Assembly: GCF_009914755.1 (NCBI RefSeq)
Contig: NC_060929.1
Source: the human T2T-CHM13v2.0 reference genome, Homo sapiens
Reading direction: 5' to 3' (one strand)
DNA: 64,000 bases
Below the pieces are notes generated by a model. That model saw nothing but the letters and a program-made list of their open reading frames with translations. It was not told the origin of the DNA and made no database searches. Position numbers and translations under genes: made by a program. Shown here one piece after another: positions 40,995 through 60,485 of the stretch; the stretch's first letter is position 1, and each line of letters starts with the position of its first letter.

Positions 40995-42320
40995 CTCATT
41001 TCTTCATACATCTAACAAATATTTTGAGAGCTTATCATATACTAGGCACTGGGGTATACCACAGTGAAAAACACAAACATGAACCTTTGCTCTCCCAAAA
41101 CTTTTAGACTAGCAGGAGCTGTAGAGACGAGTACACAGTAGTTGTAATACAATGAGGCAAATGCTAGGATAGGGGACACACCTGGTGCGGTGATGGTACT
41201 GAAGAGGGATATCTAACCCAAACGTGGGAGATCAAGAATGGGCCTGCATGACAATGTGATATTCAGCTGGATTTTGGAGGAAGAGGAGAAGTGAAAAGGA
41301 GATGAAGGTTAGACGTGAGGTGAAGTATAGGGAACAGCATTATGCAAAGACACAGAGCCAAGAAAGAGGGAAGTAAAGGCAGTTTAGAAAGGTTATACAA
41401 TAAAAAGCTCACCAAATCATAAAAGACCCTGTAAGCCATGGTAAACCCTTAGACTGTACTCAGGACAGTGAGAACCCTAGGGTGTTCTAAAGAGGGGACT
41501 AATCTGATCACATGTTTATGTTTGAAAGCTCTAGCTGCAGTATAGAATATAGATTGAAGATGACAAGGGAGCCAGTCAAGATGATGATGCAGTCATCCAG
41601 CTACAAAATTATGGTAGCCTGGCTTAAGGTAGGAGCAGTTAAGAATATAAGTAGAAGGGTTTGCGAGGTATTTATTTAGTCCAATCTATGAGGCCTAATG
41701 ACTGAAATTATGTGCACAGAGAGGGGAAAAGGGTAGTTAGGGATTATGTCCAGATTTCTGCTTTGGGGTTGATAGCACCATATATTTCCTGAGATAGGGA
41801 CTACAGGAGAAAGAGGAAGCAGGCCTTAGAATAAGTCAATGAATTATTCTGGACATGTTGTGTTTGAGAGACCTATAACTCATCCAAGAAAAGATACCCA
41901 GTTAGATAGTTGGAAATATGGGTCAGGAGGCAAAGAGATACATCTGAGCTGGAGATACAGTAGATATGGCTGTCCTTTGCATAAGGACAAATGGTAACTG
42001 AAGCAACAGAAAAGGATGGGATCACTTAGAGAAGGAGAAAATGAGAAGAGGGCCTAGCACAAAGCTCTGAGAAACTCTGAAAGAAGAACTTGCCAAGAGG
42101 CTAGAGAAGTAGAAGGAGGAAAACTAGAAACAGAATTGTGTCACAGAAACCACTGGCAGATGCCTTTACAAACAGGATCCTGGTGTCTAGCACAGGGCTG
42201 GTGCCAACAGTAGGTTACTGGAAAGTGCCCACTGAATTTAAGGACAAGCAGGTCACTGATAACCTTGGAAAGGTCAATGTGAATGGAGTGGAAGCAGAAA
42301 ACCAGTGATTCTGTAAGGTC
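40995..42320 (-). mobile_element. L2 LINE, 3' about 1.3 kb
   Basis: Antisense L2 3' end (aacaaatattttgagagc...ctaggcactgggg) followed by purine-rich L2 body motifs (ggacatgttg...tttgag, ggtcactgataaccttg). Confidence 0.75.
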
Positions 42321-42329
42321 AATGAATTG

Positions 42330-42690
42330 CCTCATACTTTCCAAATGACTCCCACATCTATCCTTTTATTTCCTTCCCTACTGCTACCACTCCAGTTAAT
42401 GCTTTTACTACTTCTTGCCAGACCTTTAGTAATGACTCATATAACTGCCTTCGTATGTAGTCTCTCTTCGAGAACTGTCTCCCCAAACAAAACAAAGCAA
42501 CATACAGCTCATCCTATGTACAACTGCCAGAGTAATATTTCTAAGGTACAGCTTAGAACAAGTCAATCCTGGCTTAAAAACATAATGGTTCTCTACTGCC
42601 TTCAGAGTAAAACCCAAACCTCTTAGCATGATGTTCAAAGCCTTCCATTATTTGGTCCCAATCTAACTGTCCAGCCATATCGCCCACATT
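42330..42690 (+). mobile_element. L2 LINE fragment in the opposite orientation
   Basis: tgccagagtaatatttcta...gcttaaaaac...aatggttctctactgccttcagagtaaaacccaaacctcttagcatg. Confidence 0.65.
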
Positions 42691-43866
42691 CCAAACACCT
42701 ATCTTTATAAAAAAATGCTGACTTTAAAAAAATTAAAGCCATTCAAAGAGTCAGGATTATAGACATACAGACAAGAATAATTTTCCTCTTTTGTTGAGGA
42801 AAAAAAGATGTGTCCAGGGCTCTCTTCATTTATTCACCAAAATGAACAAACAGCATCTGACAGAACAGAACTGTCATAAAACACAGACAATTGTCCCTTT
42901 TGTGTTGTGGCATGAAACACATGGCTTACAGAGAAAAAAAATGGTGTTTTAGCATTTAATAACACATTTGATCAATATTAATCTGTTACAGAAAACATTT
43001 CTACTCTATTATTAGCTAACTTATTTTATATTCTCAGCTAAGTAAAATGACAAAAAATTTATAAAGATATAACTTTCTTTATAAAGGTTCTCCCCAGCAA
43101 TCCTGTAGAAGCTATCCGATGGTTCCTAATTGAAAGATGGTAGTTTTTACATACTTCACTAACCTAGCAAGTGTGATAGCTTTGCACCTATACTACAAGC
43201 TAGTTGGGAAATAATTATATAGGTAAAAAGCCATTTTAGGCTTTCAGACCAATTTTAATCCAAACAGATGAGAGAGACCTATAACAAATTTAAGAGAAGA
43301 TGTTCTAAAGATGACCTAATAATAGATGAAGAGAGTTTTGTTATATAATTTTAGGGGTAGCTTAATCCCTTCACAACATTCCTAGTCATTTAACTTTTCT
43401 GGGGTGGCTTTCTAATATTTTATACAATCACACACATGCACAAACACACACATGCATGCACACACAATGCGGTATGCTGATGACAAAATATGCTTAGCAA
43501 AAACTTTGTCCTTCTATAATTTGGTCTGCTTGTCTTGGTACTACATTGTAATATGGGGTAAGTGGTTGTAAAGTGATCCTAGGATTGATCATAAGAAGAT
43601 TACTGTGTACTTTATAAATTCTATATCCCAAAGAAATAACAGCTATTAAAAGTATTCTTACTGAGATTGGTATAATGAGTTTTCATATTATGAACTGCAA
43701 GAATTGGCTATCTCAGACATATTTTCTTGGTTTATATCCTTCCCTAATTATAATTTATCATGTTCTTCAGTTAGAGAAAAACATTTTCATCCATATTACT
43801 GAACTCTCAACATATTCTACGTTTTTTTTATATGCTGGGTTTTTTACTTGCAAAATAATATTAATA

Positions 43867-46495
<2,629 letters not shown>

Positions 46496-46679
46496 TATCT
46501 AAATATGACAGAATACCCCTATAATGGCCACAGCTATTATGTTATCAATTGTTCTTAGAAGCAATACCAGAAACATTTGGAGGGCTTTACTAAAATTCAG
46601 ATACCCAACCCCAAAATTCTAATTTAGGAAATCTGGTATACAGCCTTGGAATTTGCCAGGTGATTCTTACTTGATACTT

Positions 46680-46818
46680 AGCCACTTGGGCTGAGGTGGG
46701 AGGACAGTCTGAGCCCAGGAGTTCAAGAATACAGTGAGCTAGGATCATGCCACTGTGCTCCAGCCTGGGTGACAGAGCAAGACCCTGTCTTTAAAAAATA
46801 ATAAATAAATAAATAAAT
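46680..46818 (+). mobile_element. Alu right-arm/FRAM-like monomer next to a MER5-like remnant
   Basis: gctgaggtgggaggac...tgagcccaggagttcaag...gcaagaccctgtct then (TAAA)n. Confidence 0.8.
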
Positions 46819-49800
46819 ACATCTAATGGGGGAAAAACTCCAAAACTCTTGGTTTCTAAATATCATATAACATTTTCCCCCCAAATAGTGATGGTCAGTA
46901 AATTAAATACATTGAAAGTAGGGCAGAGAAACTCCCAAATGTGATCCTAAATAAATCAACATAAGGAGCAAGCCAATTTGAGAAATTCCGTTTAACTATA
47001 AAACCACCCTTTAAAAACTTCTCATTATCATGTTAAAGGTATTCAGATTCAATGAAACAGTACTAATAACTTCCAGGCCATTCCTAAAAGATCTTATAAG
47101 CCCTAAAAGACCTTATGAAATACTTAATAATTAGTACAGTTGTGCCTTTAATGTTTAAAAGAGGCAGAGACAAACAAGTTAAAAGGCATTTTCCTAACCC
47201 TGACTGTGAGTCACAAGCTTGATGCTGCCTGAAGCCAACTGGCATGGTGCCCATTTACAGTAAGTTGTTTACTCCCTGTCTACCAATCACACCACAGAGA
47301 AGGAATGCCTAGAGACATAGAGTGTCTTTTCAAGATAGATCAACAGAGAAAGAGGAATTTATAAGTTTATTAAATTGTTACAGATACTGTTTTTAATATT
47401 GCTCCAAAATATTCCAATCCACTTTCCATAATCTCAGCATTTTTAAACCAAATAACTAGCCCTCAATAGACAAACTTACAGTAATAGTTTATCAGTGGAA
47501 TGGGTAGTATCCTCTCATCAGTTTAAATATCTTTTAAATAAAATTTTTAAAGGACACAATATCGATCTTAAAATGGATTTGAACTTAAGCCAATTAGACT
47601 GAAGTTGATTTAAATTGTTTTAAATAACCAATTTTTAGCATAAAGACTGAGAGCTTAATATTAATATTAATATTAAGAAATGGAGCATCCAGAGAAATAG
47701 AAAATAGAAAAAATGAACCCTGATTATCAAGAGAAAAATGGGTGGGAAGTATCTGTCTAGTATATCAACAATTTCACTTAATTCCCAAGCCCAAATAGCA
47801 GAGCAAATCACTCCAGTAACAATATTTAATACTTTCTTTGGACCCTCAGAGCTAGTCTGGACTGTCCCTTTCCTCCACTGCCCTGTTTTTAGTACATTAT
47901 GCCCAATAATTTTGGAGTTTTGGTTCCTGCAATCTTTTGATCCTATAGTGATATTTCTGCTGCTGCTTCTTTTACTTTTCTGTTTCTCACAATTTGTATT
48001 TCTCAAAAAAAAAAACACACGCAAATGTTGTCACATTATTAAATTACTAAATTATCCTATACTTCTTTATAAACATATACTTTTTGCTGAAAAAGCTCAG
48101 TGCTAATGATCATCAGATGTACGTTACTTTTCCTTTTAAGAGCCCAAATGAGAAAGAATATACACACAGAATACTAGGATTAGTTTACAGGTCAGAGTAC
48201 ACACGTTATTTCTAAGATCTTACTAGGTGCAAGATTTAAGTTAGACTTCAGTCAATAGGTAAATAAATAAAATCAAATTCTATCTTTGTCCCAATAGTTA
48301 GTACCTGGAAAGGTGCTGGATTCATGACCTTGGAAATTGTATAGTTTATAAACAGAATTTCGAAATAATGCTGAGGCAGCAGTGGTACTTCCTCACCTCT
48401 TCAGTGCTTGTATTTTAAATCCAAAGGGCTAAAAAAGCATCAACTGTAAATAGGTTGAAAGTTACATATTTATAACGTATTGCTAGTGTATTTGCCACAG
48501 GAAAGCAAGTTTGTCAACATGGTAAATAGCTTGAAAAAAGATTATGCACAAAGAAAATTCAAATTTAGATTGATACTTTAATAATTACAGGGAAAGTTAC
48601 ATTTTTTAGATAAATTTCTAGCTTCCACTTTCTCTTTAAATTTTAACCAATGGGAAAAAGAAGAACAAAAAACACCACTTTGTCAATTTAACAAAACTAT
48701 ATATGGTATACAAAATTGAGCATAGCAACATGAGAAAGCTGAAATTGGAGAAAATCAAAAAATACACGTTTTACCTAATAAGTGAAAAATAATTCTACAA
48801 ACATTTAAAAAGAATTCTGTAATCCTCAGTGTGCAGCTGCATTGGCAAAAGGCAATTTAAACCCACCTCATGAACTACAAACAGGGGAATGCCATGCTCC
48901 CTTTCTCTTGCTCTCCTTCAGTTTCCACACTTAAAAAATTTCCTAGAGCCACGTAGATTCCTAGATTCCACACTCACTTTTTCTTTTTATGTTGTGCAAG
49001 GTAGTATCTCCAAAATAGAATTTCTAACACTCAATAAAAAAGAAAATTCTGTGCAAACATTTTAGTTGTCTTCACTGAAAAATACATATCTTCATAACTG
49101 CATTGTAATTTGTCTATTTTAAGGTGGTATAGTTACTAGAAGTTCATAGGCCATTCCGAAAGTCTCCCTTCATCTTCTCTTATTACTCCTCACCTTCTCT
49201 TATATATTTTAGACTTCCAGAACTAAAACTAGTTCTTTTGGTTAATAACTAACGTAAAACCCTGAGATAACAAAAAAACGTAAGCACTTGAGTGAACGAA
49301 TAAATACTAAATACTTGATCAAGCCAAACGATAGTTCTTTCATCTGAAAACAGAAAAGTTAAGATGCCTTGATCGTTAAGTTATTGTGTACTACTGAATA
49401 GGAAGTTTATGTTCTGTAAAGCGGGTAAGGATTTGGGTAGATTTCTCTTCCCATCCTCTCTTGCCAGCAGCACTTCCCGTTCACCACCCCAATAAATTAA
49501 ACATTTACTATATACAGAACTCCCCACCTAAGATGTTTTTTCTTAATCATTCAGTGAGACCCATGTTAGCTCAGCAGTGGACATAAGAGGACATGAGAAA
49601 GGAAGAAAGGCTCTGGGACAACTTCTACATTAAAAGCAAGTTTTCCACAGGAGTAACGTATTTAATTCTGAAGAGGGATAGCCTTATAATGTTCATTTTG
49701 ATCATGAATCATGAATATGATAGCATCCTTTGAACACTTTTGCCATTATAACCATCTAATATCTGGTACCATTAAATATTTGTGGAGAGAATTATATTGT

Positions 49801-49935
49801 GTAAATATTAGCAAAGAATTCCAAACATAAGAGCCTCCTCTTTGCCTTTAGTTTTAATCAGTCTTAATCCATTCTTGCTAAAACAAGAGTTTCCAAACCC
49901 TTAGCAAAATATTTTCTTTTAAAAAATTAAATCTT

Positions 49936-50230
<295 letters not shown>

Positions 50231-50902
50231 TTAAATCTTATGCAGAACCTCCAATACGTAAGACAGATAAAAGTTGCTATTTTACTGCTAAAGCTTCCTT
50301 TGTACATTCAAATTTATAATATTAATCTGCATAGGAAGCAATCAGTAAGATCAATGAAGATGTTTTGATAAAACCAATACAACTGAAATGGAAGTTATAA
50401 ACAATAGTTATGTCAGGGTTATCATCAAAGTTTGGATTTAAACAGTTTGAAAGCCACTACCCTAAAACCTCACTGTGTCCCCATTAACAGCTCCAAGCCT
50501 CATTTCCAAACCCCTGTGAAACTTTCTCCCCGTATAAAAATAAAGCCCAAACTTTAACAAGGCTCACCAAAATCTAGACTGTAACATATGTCTCACCAGT
50601 TTCTTGTAGGAACTATCTTCCAGTCAGTATGGCTTTCTCAGTGTTCCTCAATATACCAAGTTCAGCCATTCATTCTAACAAATACATACTTGAGTGCCTA
50701 CAATGAGTCTCTAGATTTTTGCTTATTCTGCCTATTATTGTCTTGGACTCTTCCTCAACCATCCTCAACAAAAGTTCTCTCTTATTTCCCAAAGTACTCA
50801 GTCCTTCTGCCACTCATGAATCCTGAAGTGTTTGCTTTTACAAGCTGTTTAAATGATAAACAGCCATATGGTATAGCGTCAAGGCTGCTAATAAATGTAC
50901 TA

Positions 50903-51343
<441 letters not shown>

Positions 51344-53641
51344 TTATAGGAAATGCATGTGCAAATGTGTACAGTTTAAGTGGTATTTGTGGTTTGTTTA
51401 CTCTGTTGAGTACTTTAAAATTTTAAAGTCACAGTTTGGCACACAGAAAAGCTACTTGGTTGTCAAAAAAAGCCACATTTTACACACACATGATTAAAGA
51501 ATAATTATCTAAAATGTTTTTCATAGCACAGTATTTGATCAAAAGTTTCAAACATATTAAATGCATGAGTTCCACTCTACTAATATTTGTAAACTTAATA
51601 AAAGTACTTCTAGTGGCTTGTATACAATTCAGTTTTAAACTATGTTTACATTTTTCTGTGACTTTCTGTGCTATCAAGCTTTTCTAAATTTATAAATGAC
51701 TGCCTTTTTTTAGAGAGGACTTGAGACAGCTTTAAAAAACAGGTAAAATTCAAGATGGCAATTTAAAAGAGAGTGAAAAGTTTATCAATTACATTTCTAC
51801 AGGAGTAGCTAATTGGATCACTGTTAAATTATTTAGAAACACAAAATATTTAGGATAGTATCAGACTTTTATCTTTGTTTGCTGATTAACTTAAGCCTAA
51901 TCTAAAATTTTCTATTGCTACATCAAGGGAACAATTTCAACATGACAATAGAAGAATACAGGTCTTTAAACACCTAACCTTGATGCCACAAATAGTACTA
52001 GGCTTTGTCTTACCTATAACACTTAATAAAGCATTAAGGACACTGTTCCACCTAATGATGTTTCCGGGGTTTCTGGTATCTCATTAGGGACTCATCTAAT
52101 ATGACTGATATATCAACAGTAAGCAGAGTGACCTCCAAGTTAGATACATGTAAATACACAGCCAAGTTCTAATGTAAATTTCCTCTGCTATAAACTGATA
52201 GCTACACTGCAGGGTACCAGGTTTTATCTTGAGTCTATCCAGTGAAAAATAGAAACAAGCACACAAAAATCACAACATATTAAATACAATTTCAAACAAA
52301 TAAGCTATCCTATAGAAGAACAGGAATGAGATAAAATGATCTACTGCAGGACAATTCTGAATTAAGCATTCTCCTGTCAACAACTAGAGAGTCTACTGGG
52401 TATTTAGTTTGAAAACAGTTCAAACTGTTTTTCTTAACTTAGGCAACAGCTTTCTTTTTTGATTGTTAGATTAAGCTAGCTTATTCAGTATAAGTAGGAA
52501 GCATGGCTGAATGACTAAAGACAAAATAGGTAGCAGCAACACTGGCATTAACTTCATTAGATTGAAACCTTGGTCTGGATTACAGCATAAACTGAAAATT
52601 GTTAAATTTTAATAAAATTAAAAAAGGAAATAAAAAATTAATTGCCAGAAGCTTTAACCAACATTCTTAACACTAGTATCAGTGCCTTAATTTTTCTACT
52701 TTCCATTGATTTCTCTAAAATAAAATTAAAATGCAATATAAGTGGCATTCAAGGTAATTTTTTAAACCTTAGAACTCCTTCTTCAAAGGAAAGCTTCTCT
52801 AGAAATAAGATGTGTAATGCAAGCCGGGTGGATTTCTCTACTTGCACCCAACTCTCTGAGCTACCTCTATAACCCCTGATAGTTCTTCTGAGTAGTTAGG
52901 AAAACACTAATAAACAATTGCTCAAACACTGCCTTATAGATAAAGATCGCTCTACTACTGAAGCTGTTGCCTGGTGGACAGTACTACCAGGCACTGACTT
53001 GAAATATTTGTCAGCTGCTGTAAGAAATTCCTAGATGTCCCACGAATAACAGTTTGATGGAGGGGGCATCAATGTAATTTCCAAACAATTGGAAACTTGC
53101 ACACAAAAAGTTCATTTGTTCCAAAGTTGAACTTATGACAATTGAGGACCACCAGTATGCTAGACAATGTACAGGAATCATTAGATTCTAAAGTTTAGAT
53201 AAATGGTAAAACAGCTTGAAAGACCTCTAGTATTGAATTTTGGTCAATACGAATTCATTTCCAAAATCAAAGGGGAGTAACAGTATTTTTAATTATTGGC
53301 TAGCCTTGAGAGAGACAACATTTGGGTTTTACAAAAAGTGCTTTTAAAACAATGTCAGCAAAACTGGTGGAAAAAAGAACTCAAGTTCTACATATCCATA
53401 AAAGCAAATAAAAAGGGCAAAAACTGTCAAACTGAACTTTTTCGGAACCTGAAAATTAATCAACGGCTTGAAGCAGCCCAGGGAATTTTTACTGAAAAAC
53501 AAAAACAACCCTCTTCCCCAGCTTATTCTTGGTAAGAACAGCAAACTCTGTGGTGTTTTACCCAGTCCCCATCTATCCCTTGATTCCTAGCTTAGCAGTA
53601 GCCATGAAAATAACAGTCCACATTCCACATTCCTGGTATGA

Positions 53642-53976
<335 letters not shown>

Positions 53977-54802
53977 AAAGACTTGTAATTAATTATTTGG
54001 TTTACCTGTCTGGTGACTCCATGGAAGACCACCTCAAAAGGATTGTCTTTATTTTGCCTAACTTAGAACTGGCTTAGTGCTTCCCTGGGGCACATGACGG
54101 GTGGAGGAGTTGAAAACATTTATGCTAATCTCTTAATTTGCTGCTGCCTGACAGATAACTGTTGAAGAAAACAACACACTAGTCTAAAGATTGAGAGGAA
54201 AAGCTGGGGAGTCTGTAAGGGCTTTGAAAGGGTCCAACATACTCCTGGAAATCTAGAGGGCCACATGCATGAGTAGGGCTGTGTATATGCTCAGGAAAGA
54301 TGGAGTAGGCTCCAAACTCTCACCACCTGTTGACCTTAATGCTCTGCAGAAGCTGGTAGTAAAGGCTAAGGCAGGGTTGTAAACTCCCTGGGTAAGAGTT
54401 CAAGGCCTGCCCTAATGCATACACAGAGGCCATGGGCAAAGACTGGAAGATATTTTGCTTCTAGGCATTTAATGAAATCTCTGTTAATTATTAGGTGACC
54501 ACTAAACTAACAAACAGAGACTTCAGGGTGCCCACAATCTTCAAAGAATATAAAATTTACAGAATTAGCCATGAAAAGTCACTAAACAAACATCTACAAT
54601 ACTCACCAACAACAAATACTGGGGAGGGGAGACAGTCTGACTGCCAGAGTTGTTACACTATAATATTCAAAATGTCCAGTTAACAACAACAATTACAAGG
54701 TATACAAAGAAACGAAGTACACAGGAAAAGAAAGAAAGAAAACAGAAACTATGCCTGAGGAAGCCCAGATACTAGACTTCATAGACAAAGACTTAAAATC
54801 AT

Positions 54803-54908
54803 TGCGTGAACCCAGGAGGTGGAGCTTGCAGTGAGCTGAGATCGTGCCACTGCACTCCAGCCTGGGTGACAGAGCGAGACTCCATCTCCAAAAAAATAAA
54901 AAAAAAAA
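54803..54908 (+). mobile_element. 5'-truncated AluY
   Basis: gcgtgaacccaggaggtggagcttgcagtgag...poly-A; TSD aaagacttaaaatca at 54787-54801 and 54906-54920. Confidence 0.92.
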
Positions 54909-56007
54909 GACTTAAAATCAGCTATTTTAAATATATTCAGTGACATAAACTATGTCTAAAGAACTAAAGGAAAGTATAAAACAGTATCTCATTAAACTGA
55001 GAATAATATAAAGATAGCAATGATAAAACTGAACCAAAGAGAAATTTTGAAGTAGAATAACTGAAATGAAAAATTCTCTAGAAAAAAATTCATCTCACAG
55101 ATGTCACTTGGAGAAGAGAAAATCCATGAACTCGAAGATAGGTCAAATTGAGATCATCCAGTCTGAGGAAGTGAAAGAAAAAAGAATGGGGAGGAAAAAA
55201 CTGGACAGAGTCTCAGAGACTTCTGGGACACCACCAAACAAAGCAACACACAAATAATCAGAGTGACAGAAGGAGCGGAAAGGGGCAAAAAGATTATTTA
55301 AAAAAAAAATAGTGGCAAAAGAACTTGACACATCTGATGAAATACATCTACAAAGCTCAACAAACTCCAAGTAGAACAGACTAATAAAGTACACACCTAA
55401 ATGCATCACAATCAAACTACCAAAAGCTAAAGGCAAAGAATGAATCTTGAAAGCAGCACGACAAGCAAGTCATTACAAACAAGTGATCCTCAATAAGATT
55501 AACAGTTGATTCCTTATCAGAAACCATGGAGGTCAGAAGACAGTACGATGACATATTCATAATGCTGAAAGAATTACATGTCAACCAAGAATTCTGTATC
55601 CTGCCAACACTATCCTTCAAAAATGAAGGATAAATTAACACATTCCCAGATAACAAAAACTGTGAGAGTCCATCATTAGCATATCTCCAACACATGCTAA
55701 AAGGAGTCTTTCAGGTTGAAACAAAAGGACACTCACAATAACCCTACTTTGCCTTTAGAAATACAACATCAGGAAAGGGAATTACATAAGTAAACATACA
55801 AGACAGTAAAAATGCATCTTTTGTTTATATCTCCTTTTCTCCGTATCGGATTCTAAAGACAACTACTAAGCAATATTTTTAAATCTACATTGATAAACAC
55901 ACAGTGTAGAAAGATGAAAATCTATGACAATAACAGCACAGAGTGGAAGCAGAAGAGGTATACAGAGGCAAAGTTTTTATACACTGTTGAAGTTGAGTTG
56001 ATATTAA

Positions 56008-56322
<315 letters not shown>

Positions 56323-57542
56323 TAGGCTGTTAAAATGACAATAAAATCTCCGTGGCAACCACTAAGAAAATAACTAAAAACATACAACAAAAGAAATGAC
56401 AAAGAAATTAAAATCGTTACACTAGAAAATATGTAATACAAAAGAAAGAAGGTAGTAATGGAAGAATTTAAGAACAAGAGACACAAAATAAAGGAAACAA
56501 ATGGCAAAATATCAGAAGTAATCTTCCTCATCAATAATTACATTAAATGTCAATGGTTTAAACTCCCCAAATAAAAAGCAAAGATTGGCAGATCCAATTG
56601 CTATCTACAGAGATTCACCTTAGACTCAAGAACACAAATAGAAAGTAAAAGAAGAAAATATTCCATGCAAACAGTAAACAAAAGAAAGCTGAAGTGGCTA
56701 TACTAATATAGACAAATAGACTTAAGATAAAAATTGTTCTTATAGGGCACTGTATAATGATAAAAGAATCAATCTATCAAGAAGATATAATAATCATAAA
56801 CTTACTTGTACCTAACAATAGAATTTCAAAATATATAAAGCAAAAAGTGACAGAACTGAAGAAAACAATAAACAATTCAGCAATATTAGTTGGAGATTTC
56901 AATATCCTACTTCCAATAGACAGAACAACTAGATAGAAATCTGCAAGGAAACAGATTTGAACAGAACTATGTACCAACACACCTGTCAAACACTCTACCC
57001 AACAAAAGCAGAATACACATTCTTCTCAAGTGTACATGAAACATCCTCCAGGATAGACAATGTATTAGGTCATAAGACAAGCCAAATAAATTTTAAAAGA
57101 TAGAAATCATACAAAGTATGTTCTCGGACCAGAATGGAATGACACTGAGAATTAACAAAGAAGGAAATCTGGAAAGTTCACAGGTATGTGGAAATCAACA
57201 AGTTCCTAAATAATAAACGGGTTAGAGGGGGAAGAAATCACAATGGAAATCAGAAGACTATACCTTGAGACAAATGAAAACAAAAATACAACATACCAAA
57301 TCTTAAGGGATGCAGTGAAAGCATATACATTTCTGAGAAGGAAATTCATAGCAGTACATGACCACCTTACAAAGAAGTAAGAATTCAAATCAGGAACTTA
57401 ATTATCCACCTTAAGAGACTAGAAAAAGAAGAACTAAGTCCAAAGCAAGCATAAGGAAGAAAATAATAAAGACCAGTGTAGAAATAAGTGAAATAGAGAA
57501 GAGAAAAACAATAGAGTAGGTCAACAAAAATAACCAAAGCTG

Positions 57543-57873
<331 letters not shown>

Positions 57874-59848
57874 TTAGCTAGACTGACCAAGAAAAAAAAG
57901 GAGAGAAGACTCTTAAATTACCAGAATCCGAAATGAAAGAGTGAACATTATGACTGACCTTACAGCAAAAAAATAAGATTATAAAGGAATACTATGAATA
58001 ATTATACACTAACCAATTAGATAACTACATGAAATGAACAAATTCCTCAACCAACTGTCAAAAATGACTCAAGGAGAAAAAAATCTGAATGGACTTATAA
58101 CAAACAAGTAAAGACATTAAGTTAGTAATCAAAAAACTTCCAAAGAAGACCCCAGATGGCTTCACTAGTGAATTTTACCAAATGTTTAAAGAACAATTAC
58201 CAACAATCCTTCTTCTCAAAGTCTCCCCCAAAACAGAGGGAACACTTAGTAAACTATACAGCTTACTATACTTACTGGTCAGCTACAACAGACCAATATC
58301 CCTTATAAATATAAATGCAAGCATCCTCAACAAAATACTGGCAAACTGAATCTACAAGTATATAAAAAGGATTATAAACCATAACCAAGTGAGATGAAAC
58401 CCAAGAACACAGGGTTTGTTTGACATATGAAAATCAATTAATGTGATAAACCATAAAAGACCAGAAAAACACACAAAAATCTCAATAGCTGCAGAAAAAG
58501 CATTTGACAAAATCTAATGCCCTTTCCTGATTAAAACAATCAAAAAGAAAACACTCAACAAACTAGGAACAGAAAGGAACATTCTCAATCTGATAAAGGA
58601 CAACTATGAAAACCCCACAACAACACACTTAAACTGAAAGGTTTCCCCACAAGATGAAGACCAACACAAAGATGCTCATTCTCACCACTGCTATTCAACA
58701 CTGCACTGGAGGTTCTAGCTAGGGCAACTAGGCAAGAAAAAGAAGTAAAAAATGTCCAGATTGAAAGGGAAGAAGTAAAATTATCTCTAATTGCAGATGA
58801 CATGATCTTATATATAGAAATCCTAAATCTATTAAATACTCTATTATGCTAATCAATGATTTCAGCTAGGTTGCAGGATACAAAAATCAACACACAAAAA
58901 TCAGTTGCATTACTAATCAGTAGCAATGAACAATCTTAAAGTGAAATTAAGAAAACAAATTCATAAAAGCATCAAAACCCAAAATATTCAAGAATAAATT
59001 TAATCGAAGTACAAGACTTTTATATTGAAAACTACAAAATATTAATGAAAGAAACTAAATATCTACAGAAATGGAAAGAAGTCTTGTATTCATGGGTTGG
59101 AAGACCTACTAATTGTTATGATGGCAATATTCCCCAAACTGATCTACAGGTTCAATGCAATCCCTATCTGAACTTCAATTGCCTCTTTTTTTCTTCCAGA
59201 AATGGAGAGTTGATTTAAAATTCATATGAGTTTGCAACGAACACGGAATATAGGCAAAGTAATCTTAAAAAAGAACAAAGTTGGAAGACTCACATTTCCC
59301 AATTTCAAAACTTTGTACAAAGATGTAATAATCAAAACAGTGTGGTACTGGCATAAGATTAGACATACAGACTCATAGAATTGTGAGTCCAGGAATAAGC
59401 CTATATATTTATGGTCAGTTGATTTCAACAAGGTATCAAGACCATTCAATGGGGAAAGAATAATCTTTTCAACAAATGGTGCTGGGACAACTAGGTATCA
59501 TTACACAAAAGAATAAGTTAGAGCCCTACTTCACACCATATACACAAATTAATTCAAAATGGATCAAAGGCCTAAATGTAAGAGCTAAAACTATAATTCT
59601 TAGATGAAAACATAGGTGAAAATCAGTTTGACCTTAGATCAGGCAACTTTTTAAAGATACAGTGCCAAAAACAAAGAATTAAAAAATAAATTGGACTTCA
59701 TAAAAATTAAAAACTTGTGAGTCAAATGACACTATCAAGAAGTGAAAAGATGGCCTTTTAAATGGGAGAAATTGTCCTCAAATTATATATTTCATAAGGG
59801 TCTAGTGTTTAGAATATATCTGCATATATACATACACATATATTCTAG

Positions 59849-59850
<2 letters not shown>

Positions 59851-59884
<34 letters not shown>
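59851..59884. repeat. (AC)17 microsatellite
   Basis: Uninterrupted AC run. Confidence 0.95.
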
Positions 59885-59885
<1 letters not shown>

Positions 59886-60062
59886 GACAACTCAACAATA
59901 AAAAGACAACCTAATTTTAAAATGGGCAAAGAATGTTAAAGACATTTCTTCAAAGAAAATACACAAATGTCCAAAAAGCAGATGAAAAGATGTTCAACAT
60001 CGTTAGTCATTTGGGAGACACAAATAAAAAACACAATGAGATACCCATACCCAATAGGATGG

Positions 60063-60485
60063 TGTCTTAGTCTGTGTTCTGTTGGTATAACTGAATACGT
60101 GAGACTGTGTAATTTATTAAAAAAAAGAAATGGATTTCTTACATTTCTGGAGGCTGGGAAGTCCAAGGTCAAGGGGCCACAGCTGATGAAGAACTTCTTG
60201 CTGCTGGAGGACTCTCTGCAGAGTCCCAAGGTGACACAGGGCAGCAATCACATAGTGAGAAGGCTGAGCTTACTAGATTAGTTCTCTTCCTCTTCTTATA
60301 AAGCCACTAGTCCCAATCCAGTGATAACCCATTAGTACATTAACTCATGAATGGATTAGCCTATTCATGAGGGCAGACCTCTGATGACCCAAGCACTTCT
60401 TAAAGGCCTCACATCTCAATACTGCCACATTGGGGATTATGTTCCAACATGAGTTTTGGAGGGGACAAACATTCGAACCACAGCA
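60063..60485 (-). mobile_element. MST-family (MSTC/D-like) solo LTR inserted in L1
   Basis: tgtcttagtc...ttctggaggctgggaagtccaaggtc...aacattcgaaccacagca; 5-bp TSD gatgg / gttgg. Confidence 0.85.

Noticed and set aside
47635-48106. Overlapping opposite-strand ORFs of 129 and 122 aa
   Set aside because: No recognisable homology or splice context; compatible with chance ORFs.
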